Origin: Legionellales bacterium
Lineage (GTDB): Bacteria; Pseudomonadota; Gammaproteobacteria; JAHCLG01
Length of the DNA stretch: 64,000 nt
Direction of reading: 5' to 3'
Assembly (NCBI GenBank): GCA_026125385.1
Contig: JAHCLG010000002.1
Location: forward strand, 77,179-141,178
The notes under the pieces are model-generated. The model saw only the letters and a program-made list of their open reading frames with translations. It was not told the origin of the DNA and ran no database searches. Of the stretch, positions 52,712 to 61,735 are shown piece by piece (within the stretch, counting starts at the first letter, position 1; the number at the start of each line of letters is the position of its first letter). The translations under genes were made by a program, and so were the position numbers.

Positions 52712-53641
52712 ATGACGGTTCTATTAACACTCTTCCCCTTATTTTTAATTATGTTGCTGGGATTTGTTCTGGCAAAAACCCAGTTTTTTACCGCAGGCAT
52801 GGCAACTATGCTAACGCGTTTATTGTTTTTTGTGATCATGCCTGTCACGTTGTTTAGCGATATTGCTAAATTACCTTTTCAGCAAACTGTTAATTGGCCT
52901 TATATGGGAGGATTTTTCTTAAGTTCAATGATATTAATGATAACAGTAACAATTATCTCTCATTATATTTTTCATCGGGACTTAAAAAATATAGTGTTAA
53001 ATGCAATGAGTGGTGCGCAGGTGAATACAGCTCTACTAGCGTTGCCAATTTTTTTAGCGTTGTTTCATACCGTGGTGCCAGTCGCTGGCATAATTTTAGT
53101 GCAAGCGCTGTTTAATTTTTTAGGCATATTTTTGCTAGAAAAAATTGTTAAAGCACGGAAAATCTCACTATTACACCAGATTGCCAGTATTTTTCTTAAA
53201 ACTCCTATTTTACTCGGCATTTTACTTGGAATAGTTTGCAGTGGCTGGCACATTGAACTTCCTCAATTAGTGACATCAACGTGCGATTTAATAAAAAATT
53301 CTGCATCGTTTATCGCGTTACTAGCGTTAGGATTATCGCTTTATACTCCCAAAAATGTAACGTCCACTCGCAATTGGTCTGAGATTTCGTTAATTATTTG
53401 CTTGAAAATAGTGATTCATCCATTGCTCGCCGGTGTGATTGGTTATTATATGTTACATTTATCAACGCAAAATTTAGTGTATTTGATTTTAATGTCAGCC
53501 ATGCCCACTGCAAAAAATATCTATATTATTTCTGAAACTTATCAAGTACACCCTGAGCGCGCTAATTTTATTGTCTGCTTTACCACGATCTTTTCAGTAG
53601 TCAGTTTGAATTTATTATTAATGTTATTACCAAAGATTTAA
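52712..53641 (+). CDS. Auxin-efflux-carrier (AEC) family membrane transporter
   Basis: 309 aa, about 10 TM. Two-fold repeat topology typical of the AEC/MdcF family. Confidence 0.65.
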   Translation: MTVLLTLFPLFLIMLLGFVLAKTQFFTAGMATMLTRLLFFVIMPVTLFSDIAKLPFQQTVNWPYMGGFFLSSMILMITVTIISHYIFHRDLKNIVLNAMSGAQVNTALLALPIFLALFHTVVPVAGIILVQALFNFLGIFLLEKIVKARKISLLHQIASIFLKTPILLGILLGIVCSGWHIELPQLVTSTCDLIKNSASFIALLALGLSLYTPKNVTSTRNWSEISLIICLKIVIHPLLAGVIGYYMLHLSTQNLVYLILMSAMPTAKNIYIISETYQVHPERANFIVCFTTIFSVVSLNLLLMLLPKI

Positions 53642-55254
53642 GTTTGCAATTGGTTGTGATCAATCAGCCCCTGCAAAGATTGTTCGCGGGCAATTTGTTG
53701 AGCGGTTTCATGCGCAGGCAATGCTTGGTGCAAACCCACATAAAAAGTGATGAGACTGAATACACCAATAATAATAAAATCCATTCCAAAATGAATATAA
53801 CCTAAACCTCCACCGAAATTACCCAAATAAGAAATTATTCCCATACCGCCAAAATAGAGGATGAGCCAATATCCTTGTTGTAAATGTAAATCAGGTCGGG
53901 GTAATTGTTGTTTGATTTGATACAAGCGATAAACAATTAAAATTATGAATCCGATGCCTGCGGCTAAATACATTTTTGAAATGGTTTGCCAACCGGTCCA
54001 ATAGCCAATCATATTTAAAATATAAAAGGCTAAAAAACAAAAAGGCAATGCGTAAGGCAGTTTAAATGGCCGGTTTAAGGCGGGTAATTGTTTGCGTAAA
54101 GCAATTAAAGAAACAGGAGCAATCGCATGTGAAAAAACCAGCGCGGCTAAAATGAATCCTGCTAATGTTTGCCAGCCTGGAAATGGCAGTAATAAAATAG
54201 CGCCGACCACGAAGTTAACTAAAATTGCCCAATAAGGCACGCCTTTTTGATTTAAGCGACTTAAAAATTTCGGCACGTAACCATTTTCTGCCATCGCATA
54301 ATCTAAACGCGCCGTGGTGGTCACCACGATTAATGCGCTGCCAAAGGGTGAGTAAAAGGCATCGGCAAATAAAATAATCACTAACCAATTTAAGCCAAAA
54401 CTTGCTGCAAGCCCCACTAACGGACCTTCGTCGCCTTGAAAGGTTAACTGGGCAAAGCCATTGTGTAAAAATGTTGGAGGAAGGGCACTGATAAACGCAA
54501 ATTGTACTAGGGTGTAAATAATAATACAGATGGTGATCGAGCCTAATAATGCAATCGGCAAAGCCTGTTGTGGGTTTTTAGCCTCACCTGCAACTTCAAT
54601 GGATACACGAAAACCAAAAAAAGAAAATACCACACCGGCCATGGGTAAGGCGGTTAAAATTCCTTTGAGGCCATCGGGTACAAATCCTTCATGGGTGTGA
54701 AAATTATTAAAATTTTTACTCACATGCAACAACACGAGCACGGTGAATAAGGGAATTAAAATTTTTAACCACACTAACAGCGTATTAAAACGAGAAACTG
54801 CTTTGATCCCTAAAATATTTAATCCACTCATGATGAACAATAAACCTGCAGCAATCAGCAAACCCAGATGGGATAATGCCGGTTTGCCATCCACAGAATG
54901 AATTAATCCCGGTAAATAATGCGCGGCATATTGCAGGAGTGCTTGAATTTCGATGGGGGCTAATAAAACATAAGCAAGCCAGGCAATAAAGGTCATGGTG
55001 TAACTGACGAGCGAGCCATGGGTGAACTGCGGAAATCGTGCAATTCCGCCGGTGACGGGTAAGGTCGTTGATAATTCGGCAAAACTTAAGGCGACAATAA
55101 AAACTAAAATGCCGCCTAATATCCAAGTGATAATGGATGCCGGCCCGGCAATTTGCGCAGCATAAAGTGGGCCAAACATCCACCCCGAACCAATCATCGC
55201 GCCAACAGAAATGAATAATAAACTCGTTCTTCCAATTACCCGCTGCATTTTCAT
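53638..55254 (-). CDS. APC-superfamily amino acid permease
   Basis: 538 aa, about 12 TM. N-terminal GxG(S)G motif region IGSGWMFGPLYAAQIAGPASIITWILGG. Confidence 0.75.
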   Translation of the reverse strand: MKMQRVIGRTSLLFISVGAMIGSGWMFGPLYAAQIAGPASIITWILGGILVFIVALSFAELSTTLPVTGGIARFPQFTHGSLVSYTMTFIAWLAYVLLAPIEIQALLQYAAHYLPGLIHSVDGKPALSHLGLLIAAGLLFIMSGLNILGIKAVSRFNTLLVWLKILIPLFTVLVLLHVSKNFNNFHTHEGFVPDGLKGILTALPMAGVVFSFFGFRVSIEVAGEAKNPQQALPIALLGSITICIIIYTLVQFAFISALPPTFLHNGFAQLTFQGDEGPLVGLAASFGLNWLVIILFADAFYSPFGSALIVVTTTARLDYAMAENGYVPKFLSRLNQKGVPYWAILVNFVVGAILLLPFPGWQTLAGFILAALVFSHAIAPVSLIALRKQLPALNRPFKLPYALPFCFLAFYILNMIGYWTGWQTISKMYLAAGIGFIILIVYRLYQIKQQLPRPDLHLQQGYWLILYFGGMGIISYLGNFGGGLGYIHFGMDFIIIGVFSLITFYVGLHQALPAHETAQQIAREQSLQGLIDHNQLQT

Positions 55255-55286
55255 GTTGTTATCGCTAATGATTAAAACGGTCTAAT

Positions 55287-55661
55287 CTAACCACCATTTT
55301 TTAATTTATTAATTTCATTTTCGGTGCATTCTTGAATATAACTCATCGTTTGAGTACTCAATTCTTGTTCGCCAAGATTTTTAGCCACCGCCGCTTTAAA
55401 TTTAGGACTAGCACAATCACAAATATTATTGGCTACTGTTTGTAATTTTGCTTTATCTTGATCGGTTAAAGGCTCTTTGCGATTTTGCTGACGATTTTGT
55501 TCGGCGCCCATGATCATGCCGGAATAAATTTCTGCTTTACAACGTTTTTCAAATTTATCACCCTGCCCATACTCTTGTAGCGATTCTTTCTGTGCGCCCA
55601 TTGCAGTTACAAGAACACAGCAACTGAGCATTAATCCTATTTTAATCACTAAACGGTGCAT
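55287..55661 (-). CDS. hypothetical secreted protein
   Basis: 124 aa. Signal-peptide-like N-terminus. Four Cys. Confidence 0.4.
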   Translation of the reverse strand: MHRLVIKIGLMLSCCVLVTAMGAQKESLQEYGQGDKFEKRCKAEIYSGMIMGAEQNRQQNRKEPLTDQDKAKLQTVANNICDCASPKFKAAVAKNLGEQELSTQTMSYIQECTENEINKLKNGG

Positions 55662-55786
55662 GATCCTTTCTCCTTGGTGTGAGTGAAGTTTGGAGTATAG
55701 CAGAATTATTTCTGAATGTGCTATTCAATACTTGCAGAAGTTTAGTTTGCTCAGTAACATGAATAAGCGTTTAAATTTTCATAGGT

Positions 55787-56386
55787 ATGAGAAAATCCAT
55801 GTTCACCGATATCATGAAAAAATCCTTACGGATCATGTTATTCAAAGAAACCCCAGAGGTATTGCCTCCTTCAGCGCATCAATTTTTTCTCTTAATTTTT
55901 ATTTTATATTTAACACGAGTTTTCACCGAGTTACCCGTCCTATCACGTATGACCTCTAATCATGGTGCATTAGGGGAATTAATTGTTACAGCACTCAATT
56001 TTATTGTATTTTACCTTGTTGTCTTTGTGGTGTTGCTTGCTGGAAAAAAAGCAACGCGTTTTTTACCTGCGGCCATAGCCTTGGTCGCTGTCAATATCAT
56101 TTTTTTCATCTTTATTTTTGCCAATAGCGCAATACTATATCTTTGGACTAATCTTGTGAGCCTGGTTGGCAATCACAGCGTGCTGAATTTTTCCTTCGAT
56201 TATTTAATTGCCATCATGAACAATTTAAGCTTTGCCCTTGAACCCATTTTACTCTTTATTATCATGCCTCATATTTATGCTAAAACATTATCCACCTCTT
56301 TTCGCAAGGGTATTTTAATCAGTGCCCTAGTGGCCTTAGCCACTTTATGTGTGGAAGGAATGGTAATCCGTTGGTTGATAAGTTGA
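55787..56386 (+). CDS. hypothetical membrane protein (4-5 TM)
   Basis: Hydrophobic ORF. Start uncertain. Confidence 0.35.
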   Translation: MRKSMFTDIMKKSLRIMLFKETPEVLPPSAHQFFLLIFILYLTRVFTELPVLSRMTSNHGALGELIVTALNFIVFYLVVFVVLLAGKKATRFLPAAIALVAVNIIFFIFIFANSAILYLWTNLVSLVGNHSVLNFSFDYLIAIMNNLSFALEPILLFIIMPHIYAKTLSTSFRKGILISALVALATLCVEGMVIRWLIS

Positions 56387-57160
56387 TTGAATTAATTGAT
56401 AAGCTGCTTGAATGCGTTGAGTTTTTTCAGTTGCCGCTTTGATTACAGATTCTGATAATCCTTGTGCTATTAATTTATCGGGATGAGTTTCATTCATTAA
56501 TTTGCGATAAGCTTGTTTAATGGTATTAATATCAGCACTCATGGGTATTTTTAGCAACTGATACGCTTGCTCAAGATCGAAAAAATTATTTTCATAAAGA
56601 GCAAAACGGGGATTTTTAAATTTGTTTAACACCAAAGCAAATTTTTGCTTGAGTTGGTCAAGAAATGTCTGGCTAGCAAGCGTAGGCTTTCCATGAGCAT
56701 TTGCGGCGTGTTGTTGAATATCCATGAATATTCGCAATAATTCGGGTTGATGGTAACAGGCTGAAAATAATTCCTGTAAAAGCTCTTCAATATTAAAATC
56801 GGCGGCGATCCCTTGTTGAAGATACTTACAGGCGTTAAGTCGTTGCTGTTCTGTGAAATGCCAACGTTGCATCAAGTCTTGGGCAAAATGTAATTTATTT
56901 TCATTCAGTATGCCGTTAATTCGTCCCAAATAACCTAAAAAAATAAATGTCGTGCGAAAAAAACATAAGCGCAATCGATTTTTTTGCAGGGGGTGGAAAA
57001 AAAAGAGTTGCGTTTTTTCTAATTGACCATCGATTAAATGGCCAAGAATAAAACCTAATCCTCCACCCACGGGGCCGGCGAATGAACCTATCACTGCCCC
57101 AAGCAATTTACCCCACCAATGTACGTGTTTTTTACCACTAATTACCATGTTGTTTATCAC
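56345..57160 (-). CDS. djlA: Co-chaperone DjlA (DnaJ-like membrane protein)
   Basis: 271 aa. N-terminal TM with Gly-rich GGLGFILGHLIDG. C-terminal J domain ending AYRKLMNETHPDKL (HPD motif). Confidence 0.8.
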   Translation of the reverse strand: MINNMVISGKKHVHWWGKLLGAVIGSFAGPVGGGLGFILGHLIDGQLEKTQLFFFHPLQKNRLRLCFFRTTFIFLGYLGRINGILNENKLHFAQDLMQRWHFTEQQRLNACKYLQQGIAADFNIEELLQELFSACYHQPELLRIFMDIQQHAANAHGKPTLASQTFLDQLKQKFALVLNKFKNPRFALYENNFFDLEQAYQLLKIPMSADINTIKQAYRKLMNETHPDKLIAQGLSESVIKAATEKTQRIQAAYQLIQSTYQPTDYHSFHT

Positions 57161-57196
57161 AAAGGTACTATGTTAAACCCAAAATCTCTGGCTATG

Positions 57197-58528
57197 TTAC
57201 AAGATATATTGACTCAAATCTTGATCTTGTGCCAATTTGGCCACATGTTGTTCGACGTAAGCTTTATCGATAACCACGGCTTCGGTTAAATCGGAAGCGC
57301 GAAAAGAAACATCGTCTAACAATCTTTCCATTACCGTGTGTAATCGTCTCGCACCGATATTTTCCGTGTTTTCATTGACTTGCCAGGCTACTTCAGCAAT
57401 GCGTCGAATGCCATCATCGGTAAAAGAAATGGTTAATCCCTCCGTTTTCATTAACTCAATATACTGTTCAGTTAATGAGGCAAACGGTTCAGTAAGAATT
57501 TTAATAAAATCCTCAACGCTTAAGGCTTCTAATTCGACGCGGATCGGTAAACGACCTTGTAACTCGGGAATTAAATCCGAGGGTTTGGCTAAATGAAATG
57601 CGCCCGATGCAATAAACAAAATGTGATCGGTTTTAATCATGCCGTAACGCGTGGTGACCGTAGAACCTTCGACTAACGGTAATAAATCGCGTTGCACACC
57701 TTCGCGCGAAACTTCACCCCCACGATTATCACTGCGATGCGCGACTTTATCGATTTCATCGATAAAGACAATGCCGTTTTGTTCGACATTTTCTAAGGCG
57801 GTTGTTTTAATTTCTTCTTCATCAATTAAATTCGCAGCTTCTTCCTCGGTTAATATTTTTAACGCATCTTTAATTTTAACTTTGCGTTTTTTGGTGCGAC
57901 CCGTATTTAAATTTTGAAACATGCTTTGCAATTGGCTGGTCATTTCTTCCATGCCAGGAGGTGCCATGATTTCGACGCCAATCGCTGATTGCGCGACATC
58001 AATTTCGATTTCTTGTTCATTCATTTCACCGTCTAAAATTTTACGCCGAAATAATTTTCGAGCGCTGGTGTCTTCGCGTTCGAGCGGTGCTTTATCAAAA
58101 CTACCGCGAGCAGGTGGTACTAAGATATCAATGACCCGTTCGACTGCGGCTTCTTCAGCGCGACTTTGCATGCGCTGCATGGCTTTTTCTCGCGTCATTT
58201 TAATGGCCATATCGGCTAAATCGCGAATAATCGAATCGACATCGCGTCCTACATAGCCAATTTCAGTAAATTTGGTGGCTTCCACTTTAATAAATGGAGC
58301 ATTAGCTAATTTTGCTAAACGACGGGCAATTTCAGTTTTACCAACGCCTGTCGGTCCTATCATTAATATATTTTTAGGAGTCACTTCACCACGCATGGTT
58401 TCATCAATTTGCATGCGACGCCAACGATTGCGAAGCGCAATCGCCACGGCACGTTTAGCGGCGTGTTGACCAATGATGTGTTTATCTAATTCGGAAACAA
58501 TTTCTTTGGGAGTCATGGTTGCGGACAT
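57197..58528 (-). CDS. hslU: ATP-dependent protease ATPase subunit HslU
   Basis: 443 aa. N-terminus [34 protein letters not shown]. Walker [16 protein letters not shown]. Confidence 0.95.
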   Translation of the reverse strand: MSATMTPKEIVSELDKHIIGQHAAKRAVAIALRNRWRRMQIDETMRGEVTPKNILMIGPTGVGKTEIARRLAKLANAPFIKVEATKFTEIGYVGRDVDSIIRDLADMAIKMTREKAMQRMQSRAEEAAVERVIDILVPPARGSFDKAPLEREDTSARKLFRRKILDGEMNEQEIEIDVAQSAIGVEIMAPPGMEEMTSQLQSMFQNLNTGRTKKRKVKIKDALKILTEEEAANLIDEEEIKTTALENVEQNGIVFIDEIDKVAHRSDNRGGEVSREGVQRDLLPLVEGSTVTTRYGMIKTDHILFIASGAFHLAKPSDLIPELQGRLPIRVELEALSVEDFIKILTEPFASLTEQYIELMKTEGLTISFTDDGIRRIAEVAWQVNENTENIGARRLHTVMERLLDDVSFRASDLTEAVVIDKAYVEQHVAKLAQDQDLSQYIL

Positions 58529-58565
58529 TCGTTAAGATCCTTATTCTAAAATGATCGGCTTAAAA

Positions 58566-59111
58566 TTAGTTATTATCGTCTAATTCTTCGATCACGAGAT
58601 TATGGTTAGTATAAATGCAAATTCCAGCGGCGATATGTAACGATTTTTCTACAACATCGCGTGCGCTTAAGTCGGTATTATCATACAGAGCTTTGGCGGC
58701 AGCCTGAGCAAATGGTCCACCAGAACCAATCGCAATTAAACTATTTTCAGGTTCAACGACATCACCGTTACCCGTAATAATCAAAGAGGCTGTTTTATCG
58801 GCAACGGCCAGTAATGCTTCTAAACGACGCAAAGCGCGATCGGTGCGCCAATCTTTGGCGAGTTCAACCGCCGCACGCGTTAAATGGCCTGAATGCTGTT
58901 CGAGTTTGCCTTCAAAGCGTTCAAATAAGGTGAAAGCATCGGCAGTGCCACCTGCAAAACCGGCAATCACTTTATCGTGATAAAGCCGTCTGACTTTCCG
59001 CGCATTGCCTTTCATGACGGTGTTACCTAAAGTGACTTGACCATCACCACCAATCACGACTTTCCCATTGCGACGAACGGATAAAATAGTCGTACCGTGA
59101 AATTGTTCCAA
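58566..59111 (-). CDS. hslV: ATP-dependent protease subunit HslV. Start set at TTG 59111 ([12 protein letters not shown]...); the track ATG 59174 would add 21 more residues.
   Basis: [10 protein letters not shown]...[28 protein letters not shown] matches HslV throughout. AGGAG lies 8 nt upstream of the TTG. The catalytic Thr is not adjacent to any start codon. Confidence 0.8.
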   Translation of the reverse strand: MEQFHGTTILSVRRNGKVVIGGDGQVTLGNTVMKGNARKVRRLYHDKVIAGFAGGTADAFTLFERFEGKLEQHSGHLTRAAVELAKDWRTDRALRRLEALLAVADKTASLIITGNGDVVEPENSLIAIGSGGPFAQAAAKALYDNTDLSARDVVEKSLHIAAGICIYTNHNLVIEELDDNN

Positions 59112-59471
59112 TGTGTAGGCTCCTAAATCGAGAGAATTAACAACGAATATTCTTAAATGGGGCATAGTATTCATTTTTCAAGTAAAAACCAAGAAATTTC
59201 CGCAGTCGACTGCTGAGCATCGCTTGTTCAAACTCTCTAATCTTGCTCTTAACTTGCGGATTTTTGGTGCTACACGGCGTAAAATCAACCTTTTTTGCCT
59301 AAAATTCGGCGGCTGTTCGCATTAAGACAACAAATTTTTAGACAAAGTGGCGCAAAATGAGCAAATAAATAGCGTGAGTTGACGCCTTATGGCTAAAAAA
59401 AGTCGACTTATTAGCAGATTTTGCCTAAAATGCCCGCTGGTATTTTTGTCGAGGTGGCGAGGTGTTAGACT

Positions 59472-60986
59472 TTGGAATTTGAACGCGTATTATTTCACAC
59501 AGAACATTCCGCTACTTTGCGATTACTTAGAAGCAAACATGCCCCCTTCGCCATGAGTTTTTTCTTTTTTGCCTTTAAAAAAAAAGGTCGCTTGCAAATT
59601 CCCTATAGCGAACTCAAAGAATTGCTCACGCAGTTTTTAGAAAATTTAGATGATGAGGCTAAAAAAGAACACAGTTTAACGGCACAACAATTTCTCGATC
59701 TGTGGAGTCATGATCACCAAGGATTTATCCGTAAATATTTTGAATTAAATCAAGATGAGCCGGTCACAGAATTGACCGCAGATACTGAGCGCGCGCTAGA
59801 ATGGATGCGTAATTTAGAAAAAAAAGAATTTGTAGGAACGCAATCGCGCTTTCTTTCAATTTACGAAAACATGAAACAAATAGCCGATCAAACCGAAGAA
59901 AATCCACAATCACGACTATCCTATCTGAAAGATCAGCGCAAAAAATTAGACGAAGAAATTAAGCAAATTCAAACCACGGGCGTGGTAAGCCGGATGGATG
60001 GTACGCAAATTCGTGAACGTTTTCTTAATCTAATCGAAGATTCCAGGCGTTTGATTTCTGAGTTTCGTTTGATTGAAGATATTTTTAAAGATATTACACG
60101 AAAAATTAAAGAAAAAAAATTAAAAGAAGTGGTCACTAAAGGTGAAATTTTACGCGAAGTATTAGATGCGCACGATGCGCTTGAAGAATCTGACCAAGGG
60201 CGGAGCTTTGCGGCATTTTGGCAGTTTTTAATTTCCGATGATCAACAAAATCAGCTGAAAAAATTCAGCCAAAAAATATTAGACACACCAGAAATCAAAG
60301 AATTTGTGCGCAGAAACCCTGATAGACAATTAGATACAAGTTTGCTTAAGCTCAAAAGCCAATTGTTGCAAGTAGGACAGAAAGTCTTAAAATCCAAATT
60401 TAGGCTCTCTGAAGAATTACGCAAATTACTTCACCAAAAAGCGTTGATTGAAAATAGACGAGTATTAGAATTAAGTGCAGATATTAAAAAATTATTATTA
60501 GAAAATAGCGCAATATTTTTAAATACGGTGAATAAAGAGTTTACTACACTGCAAAATGGTCTTGAAATTCAGTTGCCTTTATCTCGTCCTCTTTGGCAAC
60601 CCAGCAATGCTTCACGTTTTATCGATCAGCAACTTGAAACATCAGAAAATAACGATCAAGCCTTAGAAGATTTAACGGCACTGGTGAATACTCCACTGAT
60701 TAACGAAGCTGAATTAGAAGCACGAATTGAAAAATTATTAAGTACTGCACCACAAATCTCTTTATCGCAAGTAGTGCAATTATTCCCTGTGCAATTTGGC
60801 ACGGCAGAAATATTATGTTATTTGTTAATTGCCGCACGCACAGATCATCACATTATTCGCTTTGAGCAAACAGAGAAAATTTTTTGTCACGATCGAGAAA
60901 TTGCAATCGTTGTGCCCAGCGTTATTTTCGTCAGAAAATCAAATGAGCAGAGTACTGTGGCGTTTGCTTATCAAGATACAGGATAA
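59472..60986 (+). CDS. jetA: Wadjet/Mks-type kleisin-like subunit (JetA, DUF3375-like)
   Basis: 504 aa. TTG start with GAGGTG RBS. N-terminal TLRLLRSKHAPFAMSFFFFAFKK matches the JetA/MksF N-terminal pattern as recalled. First gene of a jetA-jetB-jetC arrangement. Confidence 0.65.
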   Translation: MEFERVLFHTEHSATLRLLRSKHAPFAMSFFFFAFKKKGRLQIPYSELKELLTQFLENLDDEAKKEHSLTAQQFLDLWSHDHQGFIRKYFELNQDEPVTELTADTERALEWMRNLEKKEFVGTQSRFLSIYENMKQIADQTEENPQSRLSYLKDQRKKLDEEIKQIQTTGVVSRMDGTQIRERFLNLIEDSRRLISEFRLIEDIFKDITRKIKEKKLKEVVTKGEILREVLDAHDALEESDQGRSFAAFWQFLISDDQQNQLKKFSQKILDTPEIKEFVRRNPDRQLDTSLLKLKSQLLQVGQKVLKSKFRLSEELRKLLHQKALIENRRVLELSADIKKLLLENSAIFLNTVNKEFTTLQNGLEIQLPLSRPLWQPSNASRFIDQQLETSENNDQALEDLTALVNTPLINEAELEARIEKLLSTAPQISLSQVVQLFPVQFGTAEILCYLLIAARTDHHIIRFEQTEKIFCHDREIAIVVPSVIFVRKSNEQSTVAFAYQDTG

Positions 60987-61069
60987 ACGAGGTTGTTACC
61001 ATGGGTATCGCAACAGGCGCTATCTGCTCGCGAGGTATTAGTACACTCAATGAATAAAGGTTAGGATCT

Positions 61070-61732
61070 ATGTCAAGTGTTACAGCGAAAGCGAAAAAGC
61101 CAGAAAAAACGGCAGCATTTTCATCTGTGCTCATTAAATTATTACAAGGATTTCTTACTGCGGATGAAAAAAAATATTGGGAACCTCTGCTAGTTTATCA
61201 AGAAGCGGTGCGCGACTATTTTTCAGCATTGGGTTTGCAACTTCATTTAAGCATGGATGATGGTTATGCCTTTCTTAAGCAAGGTTCGTTAGATCAAACA
61301 GCAGAAGATGAGGTTGAGGAAACTGAATGGCAGGAAAACTTGGTAGCGCAGGGAGACGAAGCTTCAGCGTTGCAGGTTCCCACACTAGTACGTCGAATGC
61401 CTTTGTCATTTGAGGTTAGCCTGCTGTGCGTGTTATTGCGGGAAGCGCTTGAACAATTTGATTTTAAGGTTAACGATGATCATAGATTAGTGCTTCATCG
61501 AACCGATATTTATGAACTATTAAAATTATTTTATGCAGAAAGAACCGATGAAACCAAACAAGTTAAACGATTTGATACGTTGATTAACCGTGTCGTGGAA
61601 TTAGGCTTTTTAAAAGAATTAAAAGGTAATCAACATTCTTTTGAAGTGCGACGAATTATTAAAGCGCAATTTGATGCCGAAAAATTAGGTGAAATCAAAG
61701 CACAAATGTTAGCAGCAATCAATGGGAAGTAG
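61070..61732 (+). CDS. jetB: Wadjet/Mks-type MukE-like subunit (JetB, DUF4194-like)
   Basis: 220-aa acidic protein between the DUF3375-like gene and the SMC-like ATPase gene. Size, charge and position fit JetB/MksE. Confidence 0.6.
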   Translation: MSSVTAKAKKPEKTAAFSSVLIKLLQGFLTADEKKYWEPLLVYQEAVRDYFSALGLQLHLSMDDGYAFLKQGSLDQTAEDEVEETEWQENLVAQGDEASALQVPTLVRRMPLSFEVSLLCVLLREALEQFDFKVNDDHRLVLHRTDIYELLKLFYAERTDETKQVKRFDTLINRVVELGFLKELKGNQHSFEVRRIIKAQFDAEKLGEIKAQMLAAINGK

Positions 61733-61735
61733 AAA

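Noticed and set aside
57336-58469. Four plus-strand ORFs of 65-111 aa (57336, 57651, 57921, 58272)
   Set aside because: All are antisense to the highly conserved hslU coding sequence. Ser/Arg-rich low-complexity translations are typical of shadow ORFs.
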